A DNA stretch of 64,000 nt from the human T2T-CHM13v2.0 reference genome, Homo sapiens: assembly GCF_009914755.1 (NCBI RefSeq), contig NC_060928.1, one strand, 5' to 3'. Below are positions 40,856 through 53,836 of this stretch, piece by piece. The notes beneath the pieces are model-generated. The model worked only from the letters and a program-made list of their open reading frames with translations, was not told the DNA's origin and made no database searches. The position numbers were made by a program, and so were the translations under genes. Positions within the stretch are counted from its first letter, which is position 1. Each line of letters opens with the position of its first letter.

Positions 40856-43800
40856 CCTTACATTTCATTGAGTCCTGGGCTTTTTTAAACAATGGGTTGC
40901 TAATTAATGGATTATAAAATTGATGTACTGGGTCAAAGCCAGCATTTTTAAAATGATACCAAATAGAATAAAAAATAGCAGAGTATGCACGCACACTGGG
41001 TCAACTGGGTCATATGTACTTTCTTACCGTTCATTGAGGTAAAAGCTTGAAAGCTGTCGATGCAGTGCAGGCTGTTGCCCAGGGTCACCCAGCTAGGAAG
41101 AGTTTGAGGGGGAACCTAAGTTCCCTCCCAGCAATCCTATGCTCTGTCAAATCTACAACTCTACCATGCTGAACAAGGAAACGGAGGAAGAGAAGGAAAG
41201 TGACCACTTTTTGAGCTTTTAATTCAGTCTTTCAACAAATGTGCTTTCAGCAGCTCCTGCATCTCAGGCCCAGTGCTAAATACTTAGAATTCAATGGTGA
41301 ACAAAATTAACTTGTGATCTCTGCCAACTTAGAGTGTACAATCCAGTGAGAGAAACAGACATTAAATAAGTAAACACAAAAGTAAGCATATGTGGGAGAA
41401 ATACTGTGAAGGAAAATGAGAGAAAAAAATATGGGGTTATAATTTAGATGTGGGAGGCTGCAATTAATAATTAACCCAATTTAGAATGGCTTAAATTATA
41501 AGGAAACTTACTGTTTCACAAGGCAAGAAGTTCCAAGGTCAGGAGGCTCTAGTTGGTGAATTCAGGAACACAGTTGTGTCTGGGAAGGCCCTGGCCTGTT
41601 CCCGTTATTCCCCCTGCCATTCCCAGTATGGCAGCTTTGTCCCCTGGGGCTGCTCCACCCATGGCCCCAGGATGACTGGAACAACTCCATTTATTATGGG
41701 CAATCCCAACAGTGCCCAAAGGTCACAGAGATTCTCTTTTCCAGAGTCGGGAAATCGTTCTTGGAAGCTTCCAGGAGACTTCTCACCTGTCATTAATCCA
41801 AACTAAGCATGTGCTCACACCTAAATGCTGGAGGTGGAGGGGAGAATCACCATTCCCAGCCTCTTAGGCTCTGCAGGACTGGTTCCTAACTCTTCCCGAT
41901 TGCATTCTTTGAGAAGTGCATACCCGAATAAAAAGGAGAGGGTGGCAATGGATGCTGGGTAGGCAATCTAGAGTCTGCTACAGGGGCTCAAGAATAATGT
42001 CTCTCTGGAAAAAAAAAAAGTGGAGGGCATTTAAACTTAAGATGAGTAAGAGTGAGACAGGGAGTGAGGAGGAAGCACCTTCAGGCTGAAGGAATCTGGC
42101 CTGTGATGTTGGACTCTGTGTCATGAGTTAAAGGCTTCCATGTAATTTCTCATTTACTCCTTTGACCTGAGGAGGTAAGCACACCTGAGGAAGGAAACTC
42201 AGAGAGTTAAGTAACTTTGATCAAATTCACAGAGCTAATAAGTTGCAGAGCCAGTCTATATAATTCCAGACCCTAAAATCTTGACTTCTTCTACCTGTAC
42301 AAAGACAACGAGAAATTAAAATCCACTGGCCTTTCTTTGCCATTGACTGAAGAACACAGGCCCCTCAGAGGCCCGTCTGCAATGTTAATCTAAGCACATG
42401 GGCGATGTGGGACATACTCATGACTAATCCTCCTCCTACTAGGTAAGCCTCTGCTCCACTAGGTCTCCTGGTCTCTGCTAAGCACTGTCACCAGAGCACC
42501 AGAGTTCTCACATTGTCAAAGTTCAGAGGTAGCCTATGGAAATGGGGATGATAAAAGGCCTGTCTTCCCTTGTTTTATACACAGAAAAGTCCCCAAGCAG
42601 CCCAAGTGTTTCACAGAAACCTCCCGGTTTTGCCCACTTTCTGTTTCTTGCAGGGACCTGCATCCAAGAGGCTGAGCTAGGAAGAGATCCAGTAATGTTT
42701 CCATACTTAATTCAGACTCCCAAGCCCCTGGATGACTCAATTTGAGTTCAGGATCATCCCATGCCAATCTTATTTTCTTGGGATAAATTTCCACACAGGA
42801 GGCTCTATAGTTACCTTTGCACACAGACTCCTGTCAGGGCACCCCATCAGATCAGCCTTGTGCTCATAATCTTTAATTCCAGCTTGGAGCCCTCCAAGGC
42901 CCAACTGAGGTCCCTTCTATGGATCAGCAGAAAATCTCCTGGGGACATAAGAGGGACAAAACTCCCATGCTGGTGATTCACACTCCATTTTCTCACCATG
43001 TCTTTGGTTTTCTTTCCTTCCCTCTTTTATTCTTTCATTTATCTTCAGGCTTCCTTATCCTACCACACTAACTCCATGAGCAGCCATTTCAGTTGCTAAG
43101 GCTAGAACCTCAAGTCATAGTGCCCTCCTTTCTGATTGGTTTTGCCAAACCCTAGCCAAGAGAAAATCCCATTTGCCTTTGATGCTTTTGTTGTCCAGGT
43201 TCCAGCATCACTCAATATGGTTATAAAACTGGGCCAATTGGATCCACCCAAATTTTCATGTTATCTAAGCTCCGTGCAGCCCACAATCCCTTTATTTACC
43301 TCAATACCTCTTCCATGAAGTCTTGCTGACCATGAAGGATAGTGCTTCTCTCCCATGACCCCACAGCAACATGGTGCTCCAAGTTACAAATCCTTGTTAA
43401 CTTGCCAATCTCCCTTATTAGACTTCAGAGCAGGGACTTTGTTGTATCAATGCTTATATCTCCAGAACATACCCAGCTCAAGTCTCTTCATTATTTAAAA
43501 AATAATTTAAAATTTTCACTCTTTAATCTACTATCTTCTTTAAAAAAAAAAAAACTGTCTATTAAGATACTAGAGACTTGAAAGTGAACCCCATATGTGG
43601 TGCCTCTACTTCCTCTGTGGAAGCTCATCAATAATGTCATACAATCTTCCAGGCCTAGCATTGGAAGCATCAGTCTTCTTTCTACTCCTCTTTCCAAAGG
43701 GACAGTAGCCTGTCATTTACCAATGCCTTCCCAGTGATCCCGGTTGGGGATGAGAGTGTTATGGGCATTAACTCCTGGTACATCTGGGCTATTTCCAAGC

Positions 43801-43946
43801 TCCTCCAAGCAGCAGCCGAGCCTTCGTGTGATCCCAATCTAGAATTGAACAGTCTCTTGCCCATGCTTTCTCTGAATGTCCCCCATCATCTGTTTCCACT
43901 CCCACCCAGTCCAAATTTTCCCAGGATTCTGGCTTTAGCCCTTTCT

Positions 43947-44025
43947 TCTCTCTCTCTTTCTCTCTCTCTTTTTCTCTCTCTCTCTCTTTCTCTCTCTCTC
44001 CCTTTCTCTCTCTCTCTGTCTCTCA
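43947..44025. repeat. (TC)n-rich simple repeat
   Basis: Interrupted TC run. Confidence 0.9.
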
Positions 44026-44799
44026 TCTCATAGCTTCACTGATTATTTCTAGGTGTCCACCCCTTTTCCAGAACTTGCCAGCACTGTACTTTGTCTCAGC
44101 CCTTCTTGTGGTATTTATCACTTTCTACTTTGTATTATTGGTGCCTAACTACATTTATCTCTCCTACAGAGCTGTAAACTCTTGGAGGGCATGGTTCACA
44201 TTTGATTATCTTTGCTGTATCTCTCCCAGTACCACACACAGCAGGTCCAATCCTAGAGTTGATAGGAAGCCATGATTTGTTATCCAGAAGAATTTTGCTT
44301 ATGTTTCTGAAGTTCCGTAGAAAGAATTTGGAACATGTTCTTGATTTTCCTTCTGGAATAGACAATTGTTTAAAATAATGATATAAATTAGAAATTAATA
44401 GTCTGTCCAATTGACAATCAAGTAATAGTAAAATTTACTTTAAAAGTACAAAATATAAATAAATTTGGTCTTCTGGTTTTATCTATACATAATAAGTTTC
44501 AGCCCAGGGTACACTGACTTTCCTAAATAGTGATTTTTTTTTCTAGGTATAGGTAGTCATCAAATAATATAGCCAGTGTACACTAACTATGCACTAGGTT
44601 CACAGTATTTAGCATCCCACCATCCTGTGCTATTTCAGAGTCAACCTGGACTACCCATCCAACACTTAACGTCTCAACTCGTTAGTCTTCCCATATCTAA
44701 TAGCTCCATCTCAGCTTCAGCCATCACTCCCATAGTCACACCTGGAAATCCCTCTAAAATCACCAATTCTGTGAGTGCATATGCACCCCAGATCTGCAC

Positions 44800-45425
44800 A
44801 GTCCTGCCTGCCTCCAGGGCTTCAGCCCTTTGCCTTGCTTCTCAGCCAGAGTGGCCCAAGCAATGGCTGGTGTTGTCCCCATGGTCCTAAAGCCCAGTTT
44901 AATGCTGTCACTGACCTCGGCCTCCCTTGGATCCAGGGCCAGACCAGCATGACCTTCATAACACCCACTGTAGAGGGAGCATCAGCAGCTCCAGGCCCCT
45001 GGGCTGACCTGACTGAACCCACAGAAACTCTGGCTTCCCTCACTGCTGCCTGGAGGGGCCCAAAACACAACCCAGAAATATAGTGGAATTAATGACCTGT
45101 GGAGCCGACTTTGACCACTGAGAGACAGGAGCCAGGATGAAGACAACAAATAAATTGTTCACCCTTCCTGCCCACCCAGGAGCTGTTCAAAGATGCAATG
45201 GTTCTGTATTTCTGGCTACTCTGGCATGACTCAGCAACCAGCTTTGTTTTCTAGAGAAGCTGTAGACAAATTGGTAATGCACAACTTTGAATCTGCTTTT
45301 TCTCCTTCTCTCTTTTATTTCTGTGTTTCTGCTCATTCTTGCTTCCCTAGGATAATATTCTAAATAGAGTGTCACATGTGAGCTTTACCTTAGGTTCTGT
45401 TTTCTAGAGAAACCAAACTAAAATA
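44800..45425 (+). mobile_element. LTR16-like ERVL LTR
   Basis: 3' end ttaggttctgttttctagagaaaccaaactaaaata resembles the LTR16 family. 5' limit uncertain. Confidence 0.5.
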
Positions 45426-45779
45426 AGGCATTATACTCTGTGACAACAACTTTCCATCCTTCAAGCTTAATTGTTCAATTACATTCTCTTCATGTGTTTC
45501 TGGCCCTATAGTGACCTCTAGTTCCTTGATCCTCTATTTACTTCCTCACTGTCTTTACTATGCTCCTTACACAGTTGGGTATGGAATGCATTATCTCATG
45601 CTACTGGTACCTTGCCCCAGCCTTACGTCTTACAATAGCCAGGAGAAGCCCCCATTAGGAAGGAATTCCACTTCTTCCTCTTGTACTTAAACAATAAAAA
45701 CTAGTGAAACAAGGTAGATATAGGTCCTGTTCTCATAAACTTAAATTCTGGGTCAATAGTAGGAGATTCGACTGGTAAA

Positions 45780-46385
45780 GCCATTCTAGAGAACCATCTG
45801 GAATGATTTACTCAAATTAAGAATACATACAGCCCATTAGCAATTCCACTTCTGAGTATACCATATATCCTAGAGGAATTCCCATATGAGTCCATAAGGG
45901 AGCATGTACTAGGATGTTTATTGCAACTTCCTTTTTATTGTTATGATTAGAGGCTAGAGGGCACCTGGGTATGCATCTCTGGGAGGGTAAATAGGTAAGT
46001 TCCTATGGCTATATGCCATAGGATGTTTATTGCAACTTCCTTTTTATTGTTATGATTAGAGGCTAGAGGGCACCTGGGTATGCATCTCTGGGAGGGTAAA
46101 TAGGTAAGTTCCTATGGCTATATGCCATAGGATGTTAAACAATACTTAGAAACAAGTTAGATGTTCCCAAAGCAAAGTGATATACCTTAAAAATAAGAGT
46201 ATCTAGTAGAAAATAGAAGTACAATGAGATATATATAGATATAAAACACAATATTCTTTGCATAAATTAAAGATAATATGCACAAAATACATTATTCATT
46301 TTGCATAAACACATAAAATAAAAAGATACAAAAAACACATTAGAACGTTAGGGAGTAGAGTATTTTAATAAAAGAAATAACAGAA
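45780..46385 (+). mobile_element. Old L1M 3' fragment containing a 109-bp duplication
   Basis: agcaattccacttctgagtata…aggatgtttattgcaac L1M motifs. Confidence 0.65.
45911..46136. repeat. Perfect 109-bp tandem duplication
   Basis: 45911-46019 is identical to 46020-46128, with taggatgtt at all three junctions. Confidence 0.95.
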
Positions 46386-46566
46386 GAGAAAAGGAAAAAC
46401 TAGAAAAGGGAATGGAAAACTACTTCTGAGAAGTGGTCTTCAGAAGACCTCTCTTAAGAGGGAGCATTTGAGTGAAGACCAAATGATGAAACAAAGCCTA
46501 CCACAAGATGATCTAGGAAGGAATATGCCAGACAGAAGGAAAAGCATGTGCAATGGCCAACAGGCC

Positions 46567-46945
46567 TATATTAGTTGGTTCTCACACTGCTATAAATAAC
46601 TTCCTTGAGACTGGGTAATTTATAAATAAGAGTTTTAATTGACTCGCAGTTCCATATGGCTAGGGAGGCCTCAGGAAACTTATAATCATTTCAGAAGGTG
46701 AAGGGGAAGCAAACTTGGACCTTTTCACATGGTGGCAGGAGACAGATTGGGAGGAGCAAAGAGGGAAAAGCCCCTTATAAAATCATAGGATCTCATGAGA
46801 ACTCACTCACTGTCATGAGAATAGAATGGAGGAAACGCCCTCATGATCCAATCACCTCCAACCAGGTCTCTCCCTAGACATGTGGGGATTACCAGGATTA
46901 TAATTCACGATGAGATTTGGGTGGGGACACAGCCAAACTATATCG
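46567..46945 (-). mobile_element. THE1D/MSTA-like solo LTR
   Basis: Reverse MaLR LTR with 5-bp TSD AGGCC at 46562-46566 and 46946-46950. Confidence 0.88.
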
Positions 46946-47276
46946 AGGCCAAAAGAACTTGGTGAGTTTCAGGGCTGGAACCTAAGAACATGGAGGAGTG
47001 TGATACCATGTAGTTCAGAGAGGGTACAGTGAGGCCAGATTACATGAGGCCCTGTAGGCAATGGTAAGCAGTTTGGGTTTTACACCACTCTGAATTCTTC
47101 ATATCAATCTCCTCTGGGCACTGAATGCTCCCTGGTAATCTTGCTGAATTTACCTGGTCAGCTATATTTCTCTCTACCACAATGAATGTGGTAAACCTTT
47201 TCCTCTTTCTTCAAACCTTCATCTAACCATTCTTACTCATGGTCATTGGTCTCACTGACTCTTCACAGCAAATAAT

Positions 47277-47683
47277 TGTTATGGATTGAATTGTGTCCCT
47301 CCTGAAATTCATATGTCAAAATCACAACTCCCTGAACCTCAGAATGTGACCTATTTGGATACAGGATTATTACAGATTTAATTAATTAAGATGAGGACAT
47401 TAGGAAGGACATTAATCTGACATGATTGGTGTCTTTATTAAAAAGGAGAAATTTGGACACGGAGACAGACAGTCATATGGGAAGGATAATGTGAAGACAA
47501 CCACCTACAAGTTGAGGAGAAAGGTTTGGAACAAATTCTTTCCTCACAGTCCTTAGAAGGAACCAATGCTGTCAACACTTTGATTGTGGACATCTAGCCT
47601 CTAGAACTGTGAGACAATAAAATTTGTCATTAAAACACTTGGTCTATGAAACTTTGTTACAGCAGCCCTAGCAAACTCATACA
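47277..47683 (+). mobile_element. MLT1B-like LTR
   Basis: tgttatggattgaattgtgtcc…ttacagcagccctagcaaactcataca. Confidence 0.8.
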
Positions 47684-48134
47684 ATTACAATAATTTGTGT
47701 TGAGCCCTTACAATGAATGTGAGCACTGCACTTGACATGCATTAATGCAGTTAATCCTCAGGAAGACCCTATGAGATACTATTATTATAGCCATTTATTA
47801 AATAAGGAAACTGAGGCACAGAGAGATTAAGTACAACTCATCAATAAGAACTTCCTCAGTGTCCCTACATAAAATCTAGAAGCCTGTCTGCACAAGATAT
47901 ACCCTTTTCTCCCTCATTTCCCCTTAGGATGAGGCGTCCATTATTCTGTCTAACTTCAGTGCTTCTACCTGTGCTCTTGATCACCTGTCTGTCCTTAAAG
48001 AACTTTGGTTCCTTAAGTTTCTCCCACATTAAGCAGGAGCTTCTTCCATTATATCTTGTAATAACTGCTCCTTCGCAAATTTCCCAACATCCACACTCGC
48101 TGTCTTCATTTCCTCTGTCATTCCTTTGACCTAT

Positions 48135-48925
<791 letters not shown>

Positions 48926-51877
48926 GACTCAATGATTTGGCTTCCCACCATCCTACCAAAAACACTTTTCCTAAGGTGACTAATGTCCTCCATCTTTCTA
49001 GTTTCATGAGAAATATCTGTTTTACTTGGCCACTCAGCAGCATTGAGTGCAGTTACCTCACTTCTTCTCATAGGAGTAGTTGCAGTGACTGCATAATCTC
49101 CAGTTTCTCTTTCTTCACTGGCTGCTCCTTCTCAGGCTCCCTTGCAAATGACTTTGCCTCGAGCCATAAACATTAAAAATCCGTGCAGTGTTGAGCAAGG
49201 TTGTCTTTCCTCTCTGTGGTTGGCCATCCTTTTCAAAGTAGTACCCTTTTTCAGTTGCTGTAAAGAAAGAGAAGCCTAGAAACATCCTTGTTTTAATTAT
49301 CATCTATATATTCATGATTCCCAAATCTGTATTTCCATTTCTGACTTCTGTGATCAAGAACAGATTATTTGGCTGCCTTTTCAATATTTCCACTCTAGAA
49401 GTAAAATGCTTACCTCCTCAACATATCGACAAGTCCAAAAGTAAAGGAACATCTTTTCCCTAAGAACTAGTTCTTCCTCTGGTGTCTTATACAAATAAGC
49501 CATCCTCCAATTAGATTTTTTATTTTTAAATTTAGAAAAGTTATCTTTGTCTCCTTCTCTTCCTCACCCTCCATAAAGAATCCATCACAAAGTCCTGGCA
49601 ATTCTGCCCCAAATATATCTGTAATATTTCTAGGCATCTCTTCAACATCAACATCAGCAGCATTTCTTGCTGGGATGCCGAAAAAGTCTCTTCACCATCT
49701 TCCTGTAGCCACTCCTATGCCCACTCCAACACTGCTGTCAAAGTGATCTTTTTAGAACTCAAAGCTGCCTTTGTTACTCCCCTGCTGCAAGTCTCTTAAT
49801 CTAGCAGACATATAGCCACAGTGCTTAGGACGATAGGTTATCGAGAACCTGTAGGATTGCATGGGGCTTCCATGCTACAAAAAAAGAACATTACAAAATT
49901 GAAATTATAAAATGCTTAATTATCTACAAAATAGTATTATGCCAACTAGCAATTCCGGTGTGTGTGTGATTCTGTGTGTGTGTGTGTGTGTGTGTACACA
50001 CTATTTCTCCAATGCCAGAACCTGGTGGTGACTTTGGTGGTATCACCACTTTTATCAAGCAGTTTTATAATTATATGTTCATGTGCCATTTTAGAATTAA
50101 GCTGTAATCTCCAGTGCAGCCAAGACAATGTCTTCTTCATGGTAATCACTTAGTGAAGATCAATGAATAAAAGAATGATGTTAAAAGCCTACTCAAGTAT
50201 AACTTCCAGCCAGAATGCAATATAGCTCTGGAATGCTGGGAAATAATTCCATCTGACAGCACCACCTCACATCAAGTAACCAGAGATGGGTTAGCCATTT
50301 TGGCATGCAGATGCTGTGTGTCCCAACAAATGGATATAGCACATAGCAAGAGGTCTATAAATGGCAGCCCTATCTATAATTGTTTTTAAAAAAATCCATG
50401 CCTAGCTAGCAACAACTAGGGTAGCATAAGCTGCTTTTTTACTAGTGGCTAATTTTTGCTCCTTGGTTTGTGTTATTTGTTGTTCACATTGTTGTTATAT
50501 ACCAATTTATATTAGCAACAGTGACACCTTTACCTTCAAAGCAATGGAAGATAAATGAAAATAACTTAGGTGTTACTTTTTTCACTAGGCTTTTTTTAGA
50601 TTCAAGTATTATACCATGAAGATATGGGCTATTATCTGCCCATCATGGCATTTAAATAGCAGAAACCTGGCTTGAACTATGTTTTATTTATCTTTTCACA
50701 TAACCATTCAAGAGGAGCTAAATCTATTAGGACCTCACTGGAGATACAGTCGAATTTCCCAAACCCAGATTGTCTATAACTGATCCTTCCTCACAGAAAG
50801 TCCTCCAGACACCAAAGGTTTCATTTAATCAGTTAGCAATAATATTTCCCTGAAATAAAGGTAATTGAGAATACTGTTTAGTTTCAGTTCTTCATTGGGT
50901 CAAATTGTTTTTCGGATTTTGTTTGGTTTGCGTAAACAGTGTACCACTAAGTGAGCTCATTTGACACCATAACACCAAGCAGAACCAACTGCTCAAAGAC
51001 AGCGAATAATAAATCATCTCTGGACCTGTATTTAGCCAGCATGCTGCATGAGGAAGCCTCTGACACGACTACATAATCTTCTATCTTAGCACATTGTCAC
51101 ATGCCACTATTTATTTCCATTTTGTGATCTTGCCAATGGGAATAACTACAGATTAGCCTGAGCTACATGAGGCTCTCCTCTATTTTATTTGTTACTGACA
51201 TCTCAATTTACACATCTCACTTCCTTTAAGAGGCCCTAATTGGGAATAAACTACCAATTTAGTTGTCCAGTGTGGTTATTTAAAACAGGCTCCCATGTTA
51301 ATGAAGTATAATAAAAATATCATGCATAGTTTGTCCGGGTCTTTAATTATTTCATTTTATAAAAGGCAAAGTTCAATGACTATTTATCAGAGGCCAGTCA
51401 CAGGCTACACACCAGCTCCTAGGCTGGGTATTTACGTATATTCTCAGTGTACCTAACACATCATGGGTGGTCAATAAACATTTCTTAAATGGATGTAGGC
51501 ATGTGCTAGGCTACTTAGCTATAAGACCAGAGGTAAACATCTTAATTTTTTTGGCAATTTAACAAAAGTGAAAATATTTGTAGATCAATTTTTTAAATTA
51601 TGGATTCCTATTAAAAATTCTGTTGTTGTGATTAAGAGTTATTTTATTTTTCCCCATTACTGAATGGCTACTTTATTGAGAGAACATTTCAGAAACTACA
51701 TAATTAGCACACCTTCCAATATAATGATTATAATGATTATAATCACTTGCCCTTGAACGATTTTGTGAAGGAGCTGAGGCCTCATGGTGTTGGGAGAAAA
51801 ACACTTTGAGGGATTTGCATTAGAAAGAACGGACCCTAGAGTTTGGCCTCAGGCCATAGATTAAATATTCAATTCTA

Positions 51878-52180
51878 GGCTGGGCGTGGTGGCTCACACC
51901 TATAATCCCAGCACTTCGGGAAGCTTAGATGGGAGGATTGCTTGAGCCCAGGAGTTTGAGACCAGCCTAAGCAACATAGCGAGAACCTGTCTCTACAAAA
52001 AAATTTAAAATTAGCCAGGCATGGTGGCACGCAGCTGTAGTCCTGGCTACTCAGGAGGCTGAGGTGGGAGGATCACTTGAGCCCAGAAGGTCGAGACTGC
52101 AGTGAGCCGTGATTGTGCCACTGCACTCCAGCCGGGGTGACAGAGTGACAGGTCTCCCGTCTCGAAAATAAATAAGTAAG
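51878..52180 (+). mobile_element. AluJ-like SINE
   Basis: gggaggattgcttgagcccagg diagnostics and TSD core attcaattcta on both sides. Confidence 0.9.
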
Positions 52181-52417
52181 TATACATTCAATTCTATTTG
52201 CAGATTCCTGGGAAAACACTACGGTTACTCTTATAGAGGGAGTAGGTTAAGAGCAATAAAGCAGAGAAAAAGGTGGACATCCTAAACTATGTAAATGATT
52301 CATCTTCTGCCTTTGTGCCCAACCTACACACCAGCAAGAACGAAACATTCTCTAGGCGATACTTTCTGAAAGGACAGTGTGTTTTGAAACTTCTCATGAG
52401 TCCATATTTATCTAATT

Positions 52418-52903
52418 TAGTGGTTCTCACATTTTTGGTCTCAGAAGAGTTTTATAGTCATAAAATTATTGAGGACCTCAACATACTTTTGTTTATGTGG
52501 GTTATATCTATCAATATTTATCATTTTCTAAATTGAAACTGAGAAATTTTTATAAACATTTATTCATTCTAAAATAACTATTATAAAACCATTACATATT
52601 AGCACAAATGACATGATTTTATAAAAATAACTTTTTCCCAAAAAAAAAAGTGAAGAGAAACATTGTTTTATATTTTTTCCAAATTTCTTTAATATTTGGG
52701 TTAATAGATGATAGCTGGATTTGCATACTGATGTCTGCATTCAATCTGTTGTTACATCCATAGTGTCTGGGAAACTCTACTTAATGAAAACCAAAAAGGC
52801 GAATGAGGTCTTGGTACTGTCATAATAATTATTCTGAAGCGAGACTCTCTGAAAAGGTTTTAGGGACTCCTATGTGTCCCTGGACCACATTTTGTGAACC
52901 ACG
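52418..52903 (+). mobile_element. Charlie4a-like hAT DNA transposon
   Basis: Terminal inverted repeats agtggttctcaca / tgtgaaccac and internal ttttgtttatgtgggttatatctatcaatattta. Confidence 0.7.
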
Positions 52904-53836
52904 TCTCTAATTTATGAGTCACATAGTACGTCCTATGTCATGGATGGTCCCGAAGGCAATTACTATGCTGGCTGTCTCTGAGATTCAACCAATGGCCCAA
53001 TTGGCTTCCCCGAGATCAGACTTCCAATAATTAAAAAAATAAAAAAAGTGGAGTCATTACTCAGCTGTCAGATGCTTTGTCAATTTGTAAGTGTAAGTGA
53101 GCAAGTGAATGAATGAATAAATAAATGATACAATGAAATTCTTCCTAGATTTTAATATTTTCATTTCTTTGATCTTATAATTAGATTAGCTCCATTCAGT
53201 CTTCAGTTAAAAGAGATGAGACAAACTTTTGGGCCCTTGTATGAGTTTTTATCTCTTGCTCCCAACCCTTGTAAAAGACAAAAGGAAAACTGCCACATGC
53301 AGGGCTTCTAGCCTGCTGTAATCCTTCATTTAAGTATTCATTCACTAACCAAATTATTCATTCAACCAGCAGACTTTTATTCAACACTGTGGAGTAGAAA
53401 TTGAAAAAGGCAAGGTCTCCCAGCATTTCACAATGTAATACAAAATGCTATTTTAATTCTATAATCCATGCATGCATTTATTCAGCATACACTAATCCTT
53501 TCAACACATATTTATTAGGCACCTACTATGTGCCATTACTAAAGCAAATGCAAAAAAAGAAACATTTCATGCGTAACTTAACCTAGTAGAGACTTGAAAG
53601 AGCATAGCATATCCAGGAAACAAATGAAATAAAGTAAACTTGATAAAGTGTATATAGTAAAATACCACAAAATCCTTATTGAGGTAAAATCAGAATTTCA
53701 TTTCTTTTGTTTAAATGTCACGCTCTGAAACACCTACAGAGAAAAAAGTAACCAAGATAGAAAGCCTTTAATAGGGTATATCACAATGCTGGGGGGAATA
53801 GACAAAGAGGACTGAGTTTCTGCATTTAAAACTAGG

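Noticed and set aside
51718-51746. tataatgattataatgattataatca quasi-palindrome
   Set aside because: Short AT-rich 9-bp slippage repeat, too small to interpret.
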